From positions 1 through 64,000 of IMG/VR virus record IMGVR_UViG_3300032075_000001: 64,000 bases of DNA. The stretch is one strand, 5' to 3'. Below, one piece after another: positions 1 to 10,583 of the stretch (its first letter is position 1; each line of letters opens with the position of its first letter). The notes beneath the pieces are model-generated. The model saw only the letters and a list, made by a program, of their open reading frames with translations, was not told the origin of the DNA and ran no database searches. The position numbers were made by a program, and so were the translations under genes. Origin of the DNA: a virus (Duplodnaviria; Caudoviricetes).

Positions 1-21
1 ATCAAACTAAAGGAGACTGAT

Positions 22-252
22 ATGCCTGCTGATTTCAATACGCTAGACACTGAAGTTGGAGAACTGACCTCCGTGGCTGATTCCGCCGTCGCGCTGATGG
101 ATGGATTTGATCAACGACTACAGGACGCGATCGCTGCTGATAATCTCAGCGATAACACGAATGTAGCGCGACTCTCGGCGGAGTTCAGCGCACAGAAGAC
201 GAAGTTGGCTGACGCCGTGACGCGTAACACGCCCGCTGCACCGACTGCGTAG
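22..252 (+). CDS. Small helical phage protein, unknown function
   Basis: 76-aa ORF with strong SD (AAGGAG) upstream. Confidence 0.7.
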   Translation: MPADFNTLDTEVGELTSVADSAVALMDGFDQRLQDAIAADNLSDNTNVARLSAEFSAQKTKLADAVTRNTPAAPTA

Positions 253-288
253 GGCTCGTAACAAGTAAGAAAGCTGTGCATGTAGTGA

Positions 289-993
289 ATGGCTCAGGAA
301 ACCAGACAAGGTATCGGCGTAGACGCACAAGGCAATGCGGTGATAGACCCCGCACTGTCGGGTATCTATCAGATTCTCAATACAGCCAACGGCAGACGGT
401 ATATCGGATCTGCCGTAAGCCTTAGGCGACGGCGCTACCAACATTTCAGCGCTCTTACTCGTGGCTTACACTGTAACCGCAAGTTGCAAGCCGCTTGGAA
501 TAGGTATGGCGCAGACTCGTTTACATTTCAGATCTTATTAGTTTGCGTAAAGGAAGATCTTTTGTTCTTTGAACAGCGATGTCTTGATAGACTTCGCCCG
601 CCTTATAACCTTTCACCTGTTGCTGGTTCTCAGCTTGGGTATAAATTCACACCAGAGGCGATAGTGAGAATGGCGGCGCGCCCTATTCGTCGGTGGAGTG
701 AAACGGAGAAAGCTAAGGTGTCAGCGTCGATGCAGGGCCGTGAAAAGACCGCTGAACATCTTGCCAATATCTCCGCCGCACTTTTGGGTAATAAATGTGC
801 TCTAGGCTGTAAGCGGTCAGAAGAAACAAAAGTCAAGATGTCGATCGCGAAACAGGGCCGCAAGCAAAGCCCTCAACATCGCGCTAATAACGCAGCGGCA
901 CGTCGCGGCAAAAAGCTAAGCGATGAACATAAAGCAAATCTGTCCATAGCCGGGAAGCGCTATTACGCCCAGAAGAGATTAAGCGGTGGCTAA
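289..993 (+). CDS. GIY-YIG homing endonuclease with NUMOD3-like C-terminal repeats
   Basis: SGIYQI...RRYIGSA motif, H.NRKLQ.AW..YG, LLFFEQ, YNL; basic H/WSEETK-type repeats. Confidence 0.92.
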   Translation: MAQETRQGIGVDAQGNAVIDPALSGIYQILNTANGRRYIGSAVSLRRRRYQHFSALTRGLHCNRKLQAAWNRYGADSFTFQILLVCVKEDLLFFEQRCLDRLRPPYNLSPVAGSQLGYKFTPEAIVRMAARPIRRWSETEKAKVSASMQGREKTAEHLANISAALLGNKCALGCKRSEETKVKMSIAKQGRKQSPQHRANNAAARRGKKLSDEHKANLSIAGKRYYAQKRLSGG

Positions 994-1579
994 TTCCTCT
1001 GAACCGCGTCAAGGTATAGGCATAGACGCGCTGGGTGGGCCAGTCATCGACCCCACCAAGAACGTCCTTGATCTAGTCGACGCCGCCAATCGCAGGCAAG
1101 ACGACCTGCGCGAGATGCACAATCGGTATCTCGAAGCAGAGTTCAGGAGACTGGAAGAACAGGTTAAGCGGGTTGAGGAAACATCGGAACTGAGAGCGGA
1201 ATTCGCTCGTGAAATCGGTATTGTCCACCAGTCACATGACCGCGAAATCCACAAGATGGAGCAGGACAAGCTGGCAGCTTTTCGGGCCAGTGATGAAATG
1301 GCAAGGATTACCGAGGCGAATCGAAGCCTTGCGGCGATTCAAGTAGTTGAGCGCACGTTGAATTCGACCGCAACTGCACTCGCCAGTCAGAACGCCGAGA
1401 ACAACGTGGAAGTAAATCGCAGATTAGCCGCACTGGAGAAGTCGAGTTATGAAGGCGCGGGCAAAGGGACTGGAGCCAAGAACACCGTTACCTACGCCAT
1501 CATCGCAGTTGGCTTGTTAGTATCGCTGATCACGATCGGTTCAGTAGTAATAGCAATCGCGTTCGCAATAAGGAGATAA
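986..1579 (+). CDS. Coiled-coil protein with C-terminal transmembrane helix (lysis-region membrane protein)
   Basis: Heptad-rich body, hydrophobic C-terminus YAIIAVGLLVSLITIGSVVIAIAFAIRR. Confidence 0.65.
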   Translation: MANSSEPRQGIGIDALGGPVIDPTKNVLDLVDAANRRQDDLREMHNRYLEAEFRRLEEQVKRVEETSELRAEFAREIGIVHQSHDREIHKMEQDKLAAFRASDEMARITEANRSLAAIQVVERTLNSTATALASQNAENNVEVNRRLAALEKSSYEGAGKGTGAKNTVTYAIIAVGLLVSLITIGSVVIAIAFAIRR

Positions 1580-1682
1580 CGACACACCCCCACATGAATC
1601 TCAACCGTGATAAGTTAGTGAGATCCCGGTGTTACAAGGGAAAGCGTACTACGATCTAATCAAAAGGGAGACAGGAGTAAAA

Positions 1683-1835
1683 ATGTCAAGTAATCGCCCA
1701 GACCAGAAACCAGTTGATGCACCGCCGAGTGAGACTCCGGTGCAACCGCAGACACCTGATCCACAAGGACCGCCTGTGAAACCGCAGGATGATCCGAATC
1801 CGGGTCACGTCGATCCTCCGGGAAAGGGAGGCTAG
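1683..1835 (+). CDS. 50-aa Pro-rich peptide
   Basis: SD AGGAG before ATG 1683; low-complexity P/Q/D sequence. Confidence 0.55.
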   Translation: MSSNRPDQKPVDAPPSETPVQPQTPDPQGPPVKPQDDPNPGHVDPPGKGG

Positions 1836-1838
1836 CCC

Positions 1839-2330
1839 ATGCGACCGGAACCGTCCATCGAACAGCCTCGCGATGTTTACAAAGTGTCGCAATGGAAATG
1901 GAATCTGGACGGCAGTGCGCCGCGCTGGCGTAAATTATTCTTCAATTGGATCTTTCTACCGTTTCTAAACTTCTCCTTCAGTCTCGGCATTCCCACCCCG
2001 AAGGAGGCGGTGATTGAATCCGACGAGAATGGCAACACCCGCAAAACCTATCGCTGGTTTGAAGACGAGGGAATCTTTGAAGACGCAGATCAAGCCGACG
2101 CTGGCTGCTTAGCCGAGCACTGGGGCTACTGTCGGCTTCCCCTGGGCCGACTAATGCCGCCCGATTCCGCGCAATACTCCGGTACGATCTTTCCGCGCAA
2201 AAAGAATCCGAACAGGTGGGCCAAGCCGACTCTCTCGCTCGTCATCAAGGATCGCAAGCAGGAAGAACAGCAGGAACAAACCCTAGCCACCACTCTCGCT
2301 CGACTAAATCAGGTCTTAGATCGTCGATGA
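1839..2330 (+). CDS. Hypothetical protein
   Basis: 163-aa ORF tightly coupled to neighbours. Confidence 0.6.
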   Translation: MRPEPSIEQPRDVYKVSQWKWNLDGSAPRWRKLFFNWIFLPFLNFSFSLGIPTPKEAVIESDENGNTRKTYRWFEDEGIFEDADQADAGCLAEHWGYCRLPLGRLMPPDSAQYSGTIFPRKKNPNRWAKPTLSLVIKDRKQEEQQEQTLATTLARLNQVLDRR

Positions 2331-2333
2331 ATC

Positions 2334-2744
2334 ATGCAGCTAGACACCTCGACCATCCCTCACGGCCTAATGCAGATTCTCGGGCTATTGCTTGCATCAT
2401 CCCTTGGATGGGTAGGTGGATGGCTGACGCGACGCAAGCGTGAGCCTGTTGAGATTGCGAAAATCTCCGCTGAAACCAGACAGATAACAGTCAATACTGA
2501 CGTGAGCTTAATTCAAGCTGCGACATCGGCGATAACAAAAGCTGAGCGACTTCAGGACGAGCGTGATCACTGGGAAAGAAAGGCTACTGATTTGATGCTC
2601 GACTTGGAGAATGAGCGTAATCGCAGCGCGCAGCAAGCGACTAGACTAACCCTGCACGAGCATCAGATGAAGCGGTTGAAGGGACTGCTGGACGCGCACG
2701 AGATTAGCTATAGCGAGACCGATAAACCGCGCTCCTCAGACTAA
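2334..2744 (+). CDS. Holin/spanin-like membrane protein (N-terminal TM + coiled coil)
   Basis: TM segment LMQILGLLLASSLGWVGGWL followed by RRKRE and a coiled coil. Confidence 0.5.
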   Translation: MQLDTSTIPHGLMQILGLLLASSLGWVGGWLTRRKREPVEIAKISAETRQITVNTDVSLIQAATSAITKAERLQDERDHWERKATDLMLDLENERNRSAQQATRLTLHEHQMKRLKGLLDAHEISYSETDKPRSSD

Positions 2745-2899
2745 TCAAACAAGAAAGACGCCACTTTACGCAGCGCCTCTCCTGCTCTCTTTTCTCAAAA
2801 TGAACGCTAATATCCAGTTGAGTTATCCGTTAACTGAATACTAGTGAATCATTAACCTTTTCTACGTGATTTCCTTTGTCCTCCTTTCAATTTGGATTA

Positions 2900-3438
2900 T
2901 TAAACATCCCTCTGTTTAGCGATCCTGCTTGTTAACTTATTGAACTTTTCAACCGCACCAAAGATTGCGTCTTCTGGCGTATTGGCCCTAAATGCGGTTG
3001 GGTAATCGTTGATTGAGCGATCCTCGAACCACTCGTCATCTCCTTGAGAGCAATCAAACATTGCCGCCCACGGCATTTTGCTCCCCGCGGGGCCAAGACA
3101 TTCCAGTCTAAGAAAGTTATACGGGCCATCGTCTATTTCATCGCTCTCATGTATGTCCGCTGCTGCTATAAACGCTTCGTCGAGTCTACTCATCACTTCT
3201 CCTTCCCGTAATCCGGCTGCGTGCGTCTCGAACTCTCACTCGTTTCCCGATCCTGAACCTTCGGCATAATCTCCTGCAACTTCCTCTTCAATACCGAAAT
3301 CGTCAACATTATTTCCTGTCGTTCAGGTGGAGTAAGAAAGGTGAACGTGGACGTGAAAGGATCAAACACCGAAAGATGCAGGTAAAACCCCAGCAGGAAG
3401 TCGTATTCAGTTTTTGGCATGTCCATTGGTTTCTCCAA
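2900..3438 (-). CDS. Two small hypothetical genes (2900-3196, 3193-3438)
   Basis: Overlapping stop/start ORFs in the minus-strand operon. Confidence 0.55.
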
Positions 3439-3694
3439 ATTGAGCTTTCACTGCGCGTAAGGTAGCAATCGTTGCATCTAGTTGTGCAGCGTCAAATCTC
3501 ATTGCTTTGATTTTCTCATACTCAGCAGCGGTGATCTCATAAGTAGTAAACCTCTCGCCGCAGTGATTACATTCGTGACGGCGTCGCCGAGATTTACCTG
3601 AGAGTGAGTCGCGGGAGTCGATTACCGAACTGTTACCTCGATGACAACGCGGACAGCCTAAACCAACTGGAGTTGTGCGCGTGGAGCGTTTCAC
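3407..3694 (-). CDS. NrdR-like zinc-ribbon protein lacking the ATP-cone
   Basis: CPRC...SSVIDSR...RRRRHECNHCGERFTTYE matches the NrdR N-terminal domain; C-terminus is a short helix. Confidence 0.85.
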   Translation of the reverse strand: MKRSTRTTPVGLGCPRCHRGNSSVIDSRDSLSGKSRRRRHECNHCGERFTTYEITAAEYEKIKAMRFDAAQLDATIATLRAVKAQFGETNGHAKN

Positions 3695-3699
3695 TGTGA

Positions 3700-5691
3700 C
3701 TATCTAGCTGCGCTGAGCGTGCCATCATCCGACATTAGCTTCTGCTCTAACGCGTTGGCTTCAGCTTTCAACTTCTCAACCTGCGCAGCCTTCTTTTCGT
3801 ACTGGTAGATGCGCTCAATACAAGAGCGGATAATTGAGCGCCCATGCTTCTTAACCAGCGCACGTACTTCCGGCATTGCAGCCTTGATAGCTTCGTTGTG
3901 TTGGTCCATCTTTGACGGACGTTTGATTGATCTAACTTTAGTCATTTGTGATTCTCCTTATTGTAAGTTGGGGTCGTGCGACGGAGGGTGGCGTCTACAT
4001 CCAATAACTTCGCCCCGGTGCCGCTCGTTCGCGTTGCCAGTGGGAGCCCTTGCTTCTCTGCGTCAGACTTCCACTCACTCTCGTCCAACCGCTCCAGCAC
4101 GTCGTTGATCTCCTGCTTGGTGGGTGGGAGCGTCATACGTCATGCCGCCTTTCCACTGTTATCACTTTCCTTCGATCTCCTACGATCGTTTCCGCTTCAA
4201 TTCGCGGGTCCATACTGATCCAGCCCTCCGACAGCGGCACAATGTCGTAGTGGTCTTTCAGATCGGGAAACATCATTTTCAATTCAGTTATCCACATCCT
4301 GATCCCCTCATGGCCACCTGTATGGTCAGACTTAATCCATCGATCCAGACTCTCAAGATTGACGGACGCGGGCGCGAGTTCGGGGAAGCATTTGAGAAGC
4401 CACGGGGCGGCGGACCCTATAGCGCGCGGGATCTGATGCGTAAATATCTCATCGCCTGTTATCCAATTAAGGATTTGATATATTTCGCCTATCTCGGTAA
4501 TCAGCCTACCAGACGTTACAGTAAGTACTGCTCGTAATGAAAATTGTCTTGTTTCTGCTTCTTTAGTTGAGTCACTCATCCCACCCTCCAAACTCTCTCC
4601 TTCGTCTCACTTTCGCCGAACATCACTCGTCCACTAATCACCTCGAATCCCAACACCCCTGCCCGAAACTCCTGTAATTGATCGTAGGAGCGTTGCAATT
4701 GCTCGCCACACATATCGCACAAGTGGAGATAGTCACGGGGAGTAAAGTCGGTTGAGCACTCGGAACACGACGGCATCAGTTATCGTCCTCGTCCAACCTG
4801 CGACAGACTTCGCATTCCTCTTGCGGCGACGTGTGGCCTTCGAGACGGCAGCGCGTACAAATCGTCACCTTCCGTCCGCGATGGTACGGAATCGTTCCAG
4901 CGCAATGCTCACATAACTCGTTCATCTCCCCCTCCTCGTTAGCTGATGTCGTTGGAGCTGTCGTCGTGTTCCTTCCATACCGCAATTCCACTGCTATCGT
5001 CGATAACGCCTGCTTCTTTCAGTCGAATGTACGCGCAGCCCCACGGAGCACCATATTGTTGCGCTACAACGCAAACGCGGATCATTATTTCCGGCATCAG
5101 AATGGCTCCGTACTTCATGGCCCATCCATCGCCCGCGTATTCATTACGACTTTCCTTCTTACGGCCCTCTTGAAATTCGGCAAAGTCGAACGACTCCGCG
5201 GCTACTTGTTTAAAGGCGTCGTCCGCAACCGAACGCCACGCAGAAACGTGAGCCTTGAGCGCGTCATGCGTTTGCGCAGCTTTCAGACTTTTGGCGTAAT
5301 CCCTGTCCTGTTCGCTAATGTAAGTTATCCGTTCCATCTCTCACTCTCCACTCGGGGCGGGGGTTGCGTCGGGATTCGCAGCCGGATCGACTTCTTTGCT
5401 GAGACTGCTAAGAAATCCGCCGCCACTAATCATCGTAAACGTAATTCGATGCCCGTCTTTGGTCCAGATACACTTCCGGTTATTACTAAGCACCCCCGCG
5501 CCTTTCGACAAATCGGCATCGCCGAGACGGACAACTATTGCCTCAATCGGTCGCAGCGTTCGAGCCAGCATGTCGAGATTCGCTTGCGTTAGCGGCTCGC
5601 GCCTCAGAATTTCATCAAAGTCATTCACTTGAACCTCCCGCTGCACTTTGCGCACTCGCGTCGGGTAGTGCTTGTAATGGAATTGCACCAA
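3700..5691 (-). CDS. Cluster of small hypothetical genes (3700-3945, 3942-4136, 4133-4591, 4576-4776, 4776-4991, 4939-5337, 5341-5691)
   Basis: Contiguous, coupled minus-strand ORFs, several with CxxC pairs. Confidence 0.55.
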
Positions 5692-6247
5692 TAACTAAAT
5701 CCGCTTCTTCCTTCGTCAACGACAGCTTCCACGGCCAGCGTTGTAGCACGCTACTCGGCGTCGTATTCGTGTAATGCGCAAGAATCAAGTCCTTCGGGTA
5801 GGGCGTAGTCACGAGATTGCCGTGCTTGTCGAAACAGTTGTCGAACACCATCCGACCCACGCTGTAGACAGTTGCGTAAGGCCACACCCAGTCCCAAAAC
5901 CAATTAGCTCCGATTGATGCAGGGACGAGCAGGAAGATCTCGACCTGTTCGTTCAACTCGTAAGACTCGGCGCACTTCCGCGCCCACGGTGTAATGTTCG
6001 AGTAGGGCGGGTTTAGCCATAGGTTTCCACGCAGTACAGACCATCCCACGTCCGGCGATAGCGAGTTGCGCTTCTCGTCGATCCATACCGGAGCCTTCGC
6101 GCTTTGGGGAGTCGCGGCCAGATCCACTGCTAGCGGTCCCCAGTTGCGCTCTACGGCGTCGATGAAGACTTGCGGCGTCCAAATGTCGCCTGACGACTCA
6201 CCGCGCTTGATAGAAGGACCGCCCATATCAGTCTCCCGCTCCGGCAA
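5621..6247 (-). CDS. Phage DNA N6-adenine methyltransferase (Dam-like family)
   Basis: DIWTP...VDLAAT, catalytic LWLNPPYS, FLLVPA...WF. Confidence 0.9.
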   Translation of the reverse strand: MPERETDMGGPSIKRGESSGDIWTPQVFIDAVERNWGPLAVDLAATPQSAKAPVWIDEKRNSLSPDVGWSVLRGNLWLNPPYSNITPWARKCAESYELNEQVEIFLLVPASIGANWFWDWVWPYATVYSVGRMVFDNCFDKHGNLVTTPYPKDLILAHYTNTTPSSVLQRWPWKLSLTKEEADLVIGAIPLQALPDASAQSAAGGSSE

Positions 6248-7397
6248 TTACAGCCGACTCGCTCGGATCGTTCGAGGGTTCAGTAACGGACGCACTCAAC
6301 TTCCCCACGACAAACTCGTGATACCCGGTCGCGCCGCGTAGGTGGTGGACATTTGCGTCGGCTGGTTCGTTGCAAATGAAGCCGCCATCGAATTCCTTCT
6401 GGCAGTGGGCGTTGGGATCGTCATCTGACTGCTCGGTTACAGCCCGTCGCTGTAGGTTATCGCGAATTGCAGTGGAGAGCTTCGACGCACGTGACGACTT
6501 GCTCGACGACTTGCGCTTCTTCTTAGCGGGCTTAGCAGTCTCCGGTTCGGGTTCAGGTACGCATAGATCAAGAAACAATAGGTACTCATCAGCGCTCAGG
6601 TTCTCTTGTACGTAATGAACCATGCCGTTCACTCGTTGAATCGTTTCAGTCAGTGGACTTCTTGCCATTTGCTGTCTCCTGCTCTGTTATTTCGTTTAAG
6701 ATTCTTTGCAGTACGTCGATAAGTGCCTGCGCCTGCTTCTCATATAATGGGAGTAGTATGCCTCCGTGGGGCTGAATACCCTGAAGGTGCTGACGACCCT
6801 CGCTACTGACGCTATAAACCACGTCAAGCTTATGTCCGGTCTGTACGTGAACTGACATCCATTTCCTCCTGTCGTCTCTTGTACAACCAGAGCAGGAAGT
6901 GCCCCAGTCGTAGTTGTTCGTGAACGAATTCATCGCCTGAGATTTCCTCTGCGACGTACTCCTTCATCAATTGCTCAAGCTGATTGAGATTGATTACGAT
7001 GGCGAGTTTGGGAGGGGTCATTGCGTCTCCATCTTGGCAACGTTCATGGCCTCAATCTCAATCGCGGTCAGACTTAGTTTCCAGTCAGGCGGCTCGATCG
7101 TCAAAAGCGTGTGTGTTTGTTCATTGCTAAGATAAGGTGGATCGTAGTCTTTGAAGTCCTGATCAGCTCGGGCTACGTTGACATTGCGGAATCGCGCTAG
7201 AAAGTTATCGTTCATCTTAGCTCCATGTCTCTGTACGCATTCAAATCTTTATCCCCGCACTCACACTTATTCGAGTGATCGAGGAAGATATGCGAGCGTC
7301 TCCCGTCCTCGCGCACGACGCACTTGAGCGACGCTATTCGATCAGGAGTCCACTGCTTAGCGTCTTCCGAATCACTTATTTGCTGCACGTCGGACAT
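6228..7397 (-). CDS. Small hypothetical genes (6228-6668, 6646-6933, 6830-7021, 7018-7215, 7212-7397)
   Basis: Coupled minus-strand ORFs. Confidence 0.5.
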
Positions 7398-7518
7398 TCG
7401 ATTAGACTCCCATCAATCAGCGGATAGAAACCCTGCTCACATTCATGTGGAATCAGTCCAACGATGATCGGCATGATGAATTCGACGGACCACTCGAAAG
7501 GTTCAGGATAAGGATCGT

Positions 7519-10194
7519 TCATTTCACTTCCTTCATTTCAGCTAAGCTAACTCCTACTTTCGCATCGACGTTGCATTGAAATTTGCCCAGTTCGTTCTCG
7601 CAAATCTCAGACGGCAGTGACATCTCTCGCTGCACGATCGAGGTGCATTCATCAACTAGATCAGTTGGACAATGGAATAGCAGTGAATCGTGAATCCAGT
7701 TGACGAGCTGAAACTTGTCGAGCAATCCCTGATCATTGAGTCTTAGTGCTACATCGTCAATATGAGCATGAGCGATGTTCGCCGGGAGAAACGCTACTGC
7801 TTCTTCCAAGTTGAGATCCCAAAACCATCTATTCGATCCCGCTGGCGACTTCAAATAGCACTTCGTCACTCGTCTAATTCGATCCTCGATGTCTCGTGGA
7901 AAGTCAGAGAATGCTCTCGGAAAGAGTCGTTGAATGAGTGCGACTAACTTCTTCGCCTCTGCCAGTCCGAACTTGTTGACATACTTCTGTCGGCGCTCGT
8001 CGTTCCACGAATTCCATCCTTTGCCCGCGAGCAACTTAACCTCGTCAAGAGTTGGATTAAAGCTGTCCGCATTCATCATGTAGAGCTTGTTTACTCCCAT
8101 GTGAAATCCGAGTCCGAGGATCGCGCGTTTGGCTTTCTGATCTCGAATGTCCTTGTACTGAGATTTGACTTTGCTCAGGGCAGATCTAAGCTGCTCATCA
8201 GGTAATGACAACAAATGTTCTGCTTCAGGCAGACGCACGAAATGAGCAGTGACAAATGAATGAACGTCGAAGTCGGCGAGTTTGTAGTAATCCTCGTCGA
8301 GCGAGATCCATCCAAGTGATCGAGCATGGAACGATCTGAAGTCGAGTGAGATAAATGTATGACCGGATTCTGCGCGAATCATGCGTTTGAATTTGCACGC
8401 GAGATCTCCATGCACGGGGAATTGCTGAATGTTGGGACGCTGGCAACTCAATTGACCAGTCGCAGTCCCAAATAGGAAAGTAGGATGAACTCTGCCGTCG
8501 TCAGCAGGACGCCAGTTGCCTGTCGTAAATGCTGAGACTAATTTGTTCATCTTGCGGACTTCACGCACCAGTCCAATGACGCGATCCCCGGTCTGGTGAA
8601 AGAGTTTCTCCAACGCATCCTTCCCCGTCGTCTCTTTGTCCTCGCCCCATTTCTTGGGGACTTTGTAATTCATGTGCTTGATATAGCGGAGAAGTTGCTG
8701 CGAGGAGTTGGGATTGAATGGCAGAGCTTTGCACCATCTCTCAACTGAGTCGCCATTGACGCCGAACGTTCGATAGTCATAGTTCAACTCAGACCTGACC
8801 CTTGCAACGATCTGCTCGATCGGCTGGCCTATGCAGGACGCAACTAATTCTTTGATCGGCTTCGGAATGACTTTGTAGCCTTGTTTCGGGTGCAGATCGA
8901 GCAACTGAGATGGAATGTGTTGCTGCAACTCACTACTCAACTTCTCGGACTCAGTCATCACTTCCAGTCTAAACTCAGCCTGTCCCTGCGCATCCACAGG
9001 CAGTCCTCGCTTGCCCAGATCATCAAGCACGTCTTTCAATCTGAATTTGTGCTCGTAATATCCTCTCCAGAGCCCGCGCTTCTGCAAGTCGGACATGAGT
9101 CCAGATCCACACCTGAATGTCGAATCCGCGTCCTTTGCCCCATAGAGGGGCAGATCGATCGATGACTCGTGTTTCCACGGTCTAAAGAATGGAGCATAGA
9201 ATGACGTACAACTCTGCAACGACATCAACCTCGATTCTGCATCGAAGTCAGGCTGGAGATGTCTCCATGCAAGCATCAAATCGTGATGCTCTCCATTGAC
9301 CTCGAATCCAGCAGCTCTGAGAATTGGCACGTCGAACATTCTGCCGTTCCACGTCCACTTCGGATTTGCTGACGCAAGAACTTCACCAATCACGTCGAAG
9401 TAGGTGGAGATGTAGGGTAAGACGATCGCTGTTCCAGATTTCGCTGAGAATTGAATCTGAGTGATCTTCGCGTTTGACGCAAAATCAACATCGTCTTTCT
9501 CGAACATGTCAGTTTCGATGTCGAGTGAGATTGGATCTGACGGCAATAGTGAGTTGAACCACTGACGAACCTCGTTCGGAGTCGGGCTGAGCTGATAGTC
9601 AACTTGCTCAACAGGAATCCCAGTCGCAGCCACGCGAGTTGCTAATTTCACGTCACGAATCACGACTCCAAGTAAGTGCGATGCTCCACGCACGATGAAC
9701 GACGGATGATAAGTTGCTACGAGCGGGATGTCATAGCGAGAATTCAGCACGAATCCCCTCAAGTGCGAGATCGTCCTCTTCTCCCCACTCAACCCAGTTA
9801 ATTCTCTGAGCGCAATCCCCCCCAAAGCTAAAATGCACTTCGGCTTGCGCTCTTTGATTACCGCGTCTAGGTAGGTACGGCAATGATCAATCGCTTCTCT
9901 CTCGAAAGGAGCACCATCTAACCAGTTCTTCGGAGGACGACATCTGACGATATTCGTCAAAGTGAACTCCGATCGATCCAGTCCTTGCCATCTCAGCGAC
10001 TTCTGGAAGACCGAGCCTGCCGGGGCCATGGGACGCAAGGGTAGGCCATCAATCTCCTCGTATTCTCCCAATGCTTCGGCGACGACCAGAACGCCATTCG
10101 TCCCTGAGCCTTCGAGATTCGAGAATCCCAACCCTGCTCGATGCTCGGGATAGAGAACGCACGATTTGCAATGTGATGGAAGAGGAATGGGCAT
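7519..10194 (-). CDS. polA: Family A DNA polymerase with N-terminal family-4 uracil-DNA-glycosylase domain and 3'-5' exonuclease
   Basis: UDG: CKSC, AEALG, TNIVRCRPP, C, TYHPS; Exo: DIETD, DLML, YGAKDAD; Pol: TGQLSCQRPNIQQFP, motif A DFRSFHAR, motif B RDQKAKRAILGLGF, motif C IHDSLL. Confidence 0.95.
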   Translation of the reverse strand: MPIPLPSHCKSCVLYPEHRAGLGFSNLEGSGTNGVLVVAEALGEYEEIDGLPLRPMAPAGSVFQKSLRWQGLDRSEFTLTNIVRCRPPKNWLDGAPFEREAIDHCRTYLDAVIKERKPKCILALGGIALRELTGLSGEKRTISHLRGFVLNSRYDIPLVATYHPSFIVRGASHLLGVVIRDVKLATRVAATGIPVEQVDYQLSPTPNEVRQWFNSLLPSDPISLDIETDMFEKDDVDFASNAKITQIQFSAKSGTAIVLPYISTYFDVIGEVLASANPKWTWNGRMFDVPILRAAGFEVNGEHHDLMLAWRHLQPDFDAESRLMSLQSCTSFYAPFFRPWKHESSIDLPLYGAKDADSTFRCGSGLMSDLQKRGLWRGYYEHKFRLKDVLDDLGKRGLPVDAQGQAEFRLEVMTESEKLSSELQQHIPSQLLDLHPKQGYKVIPKPIKELVASCIGQPIEQIVARVRSELNYDYRTFGVNGDSVERWCKALPFNPNSSQQLLRYIKHMNYKVPKKWGEDKETTGKDALEKLFHQTGDRVIGLVREVRKMNKLVSAFTTGNWRPADDGRVHPTFLFGTATGQLSCQRPNIQQFPVHGDLACKFKRMIRAESGHTFISLDFRSFHARSLGWISLDEDYYKLADFDVHSFVTAHFVRLPEAEHLLSLPDEQLRSALSKVKSQYKDIRDQKAKRAILGLGFHMGVNKLYMMNADSFNPTLDEVKLLAGKGWNSWNDERRQKYVNKFGLAEAKKLVALIQRLFPRAFSDFPRDIEDRIRRVTKCYLKSPAGSNRWFWDLNLEEAVAFLPANIAHAHIDDVALRLNDQGLLDKFQLVNWIHDSLLFHCPTDLVDECTSIVQREMSLPSEICENELGKFQCNVDAKVGVSLAEMKEVK

Positions 10195-10337
10195 AACTCA
10201 ATTCAGGCTGACTTCAAATTTGTCTTCGCAATTCGAGCAAGCTGGCAATTCCACATAGGACTGACAACACTTCTCAGCTTCCTGCGGCGTCTCGTGCAGA
10301 TCACCGCAGAGCAGACATTGATAATGCTTGCAGGTGC

Positions 10338-10583
10338 TCATTTCTTCTTCAGAAACGCAATGCCATCGCCAGTCAGAATGACAGACTCCATCCGGTCGTT
10401 AACATCGCGCTCAACTTCAATCAGGCCCATATTCTCAGCCTGACGGACTCTATCGAACAAGTCTGCCCATGCTTCTCGATCTCCCTTCGAGGGAACGTCT
10501 GACAACCCCCGAAGGAACTCGCTGAATGTGGCAGGCTCGGTCGAAGGACACGCCTGTAAGATTTCGAGAAGCTCAGTCTTCAT
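10338..10583 (-). CDS. Small winged-helix-like hypothetical protein
   Basis: 81-aa ORF; fold is a guess from helical pattern. Confidence 0.45.
   Translation of the reverse strand: MKTELLEILQACPSTEPATFSEFLRGLSDVPSKGDREAWADLFDRVRQAENMGLIEVERDVNDRMESVILTGDGIAFLKKK

Noticed and set aside
4831-5592. 253-aa plus-strand ORF
   Set aside because: Overlaps coupled minus-strand genes and has a non-protein-like composition.
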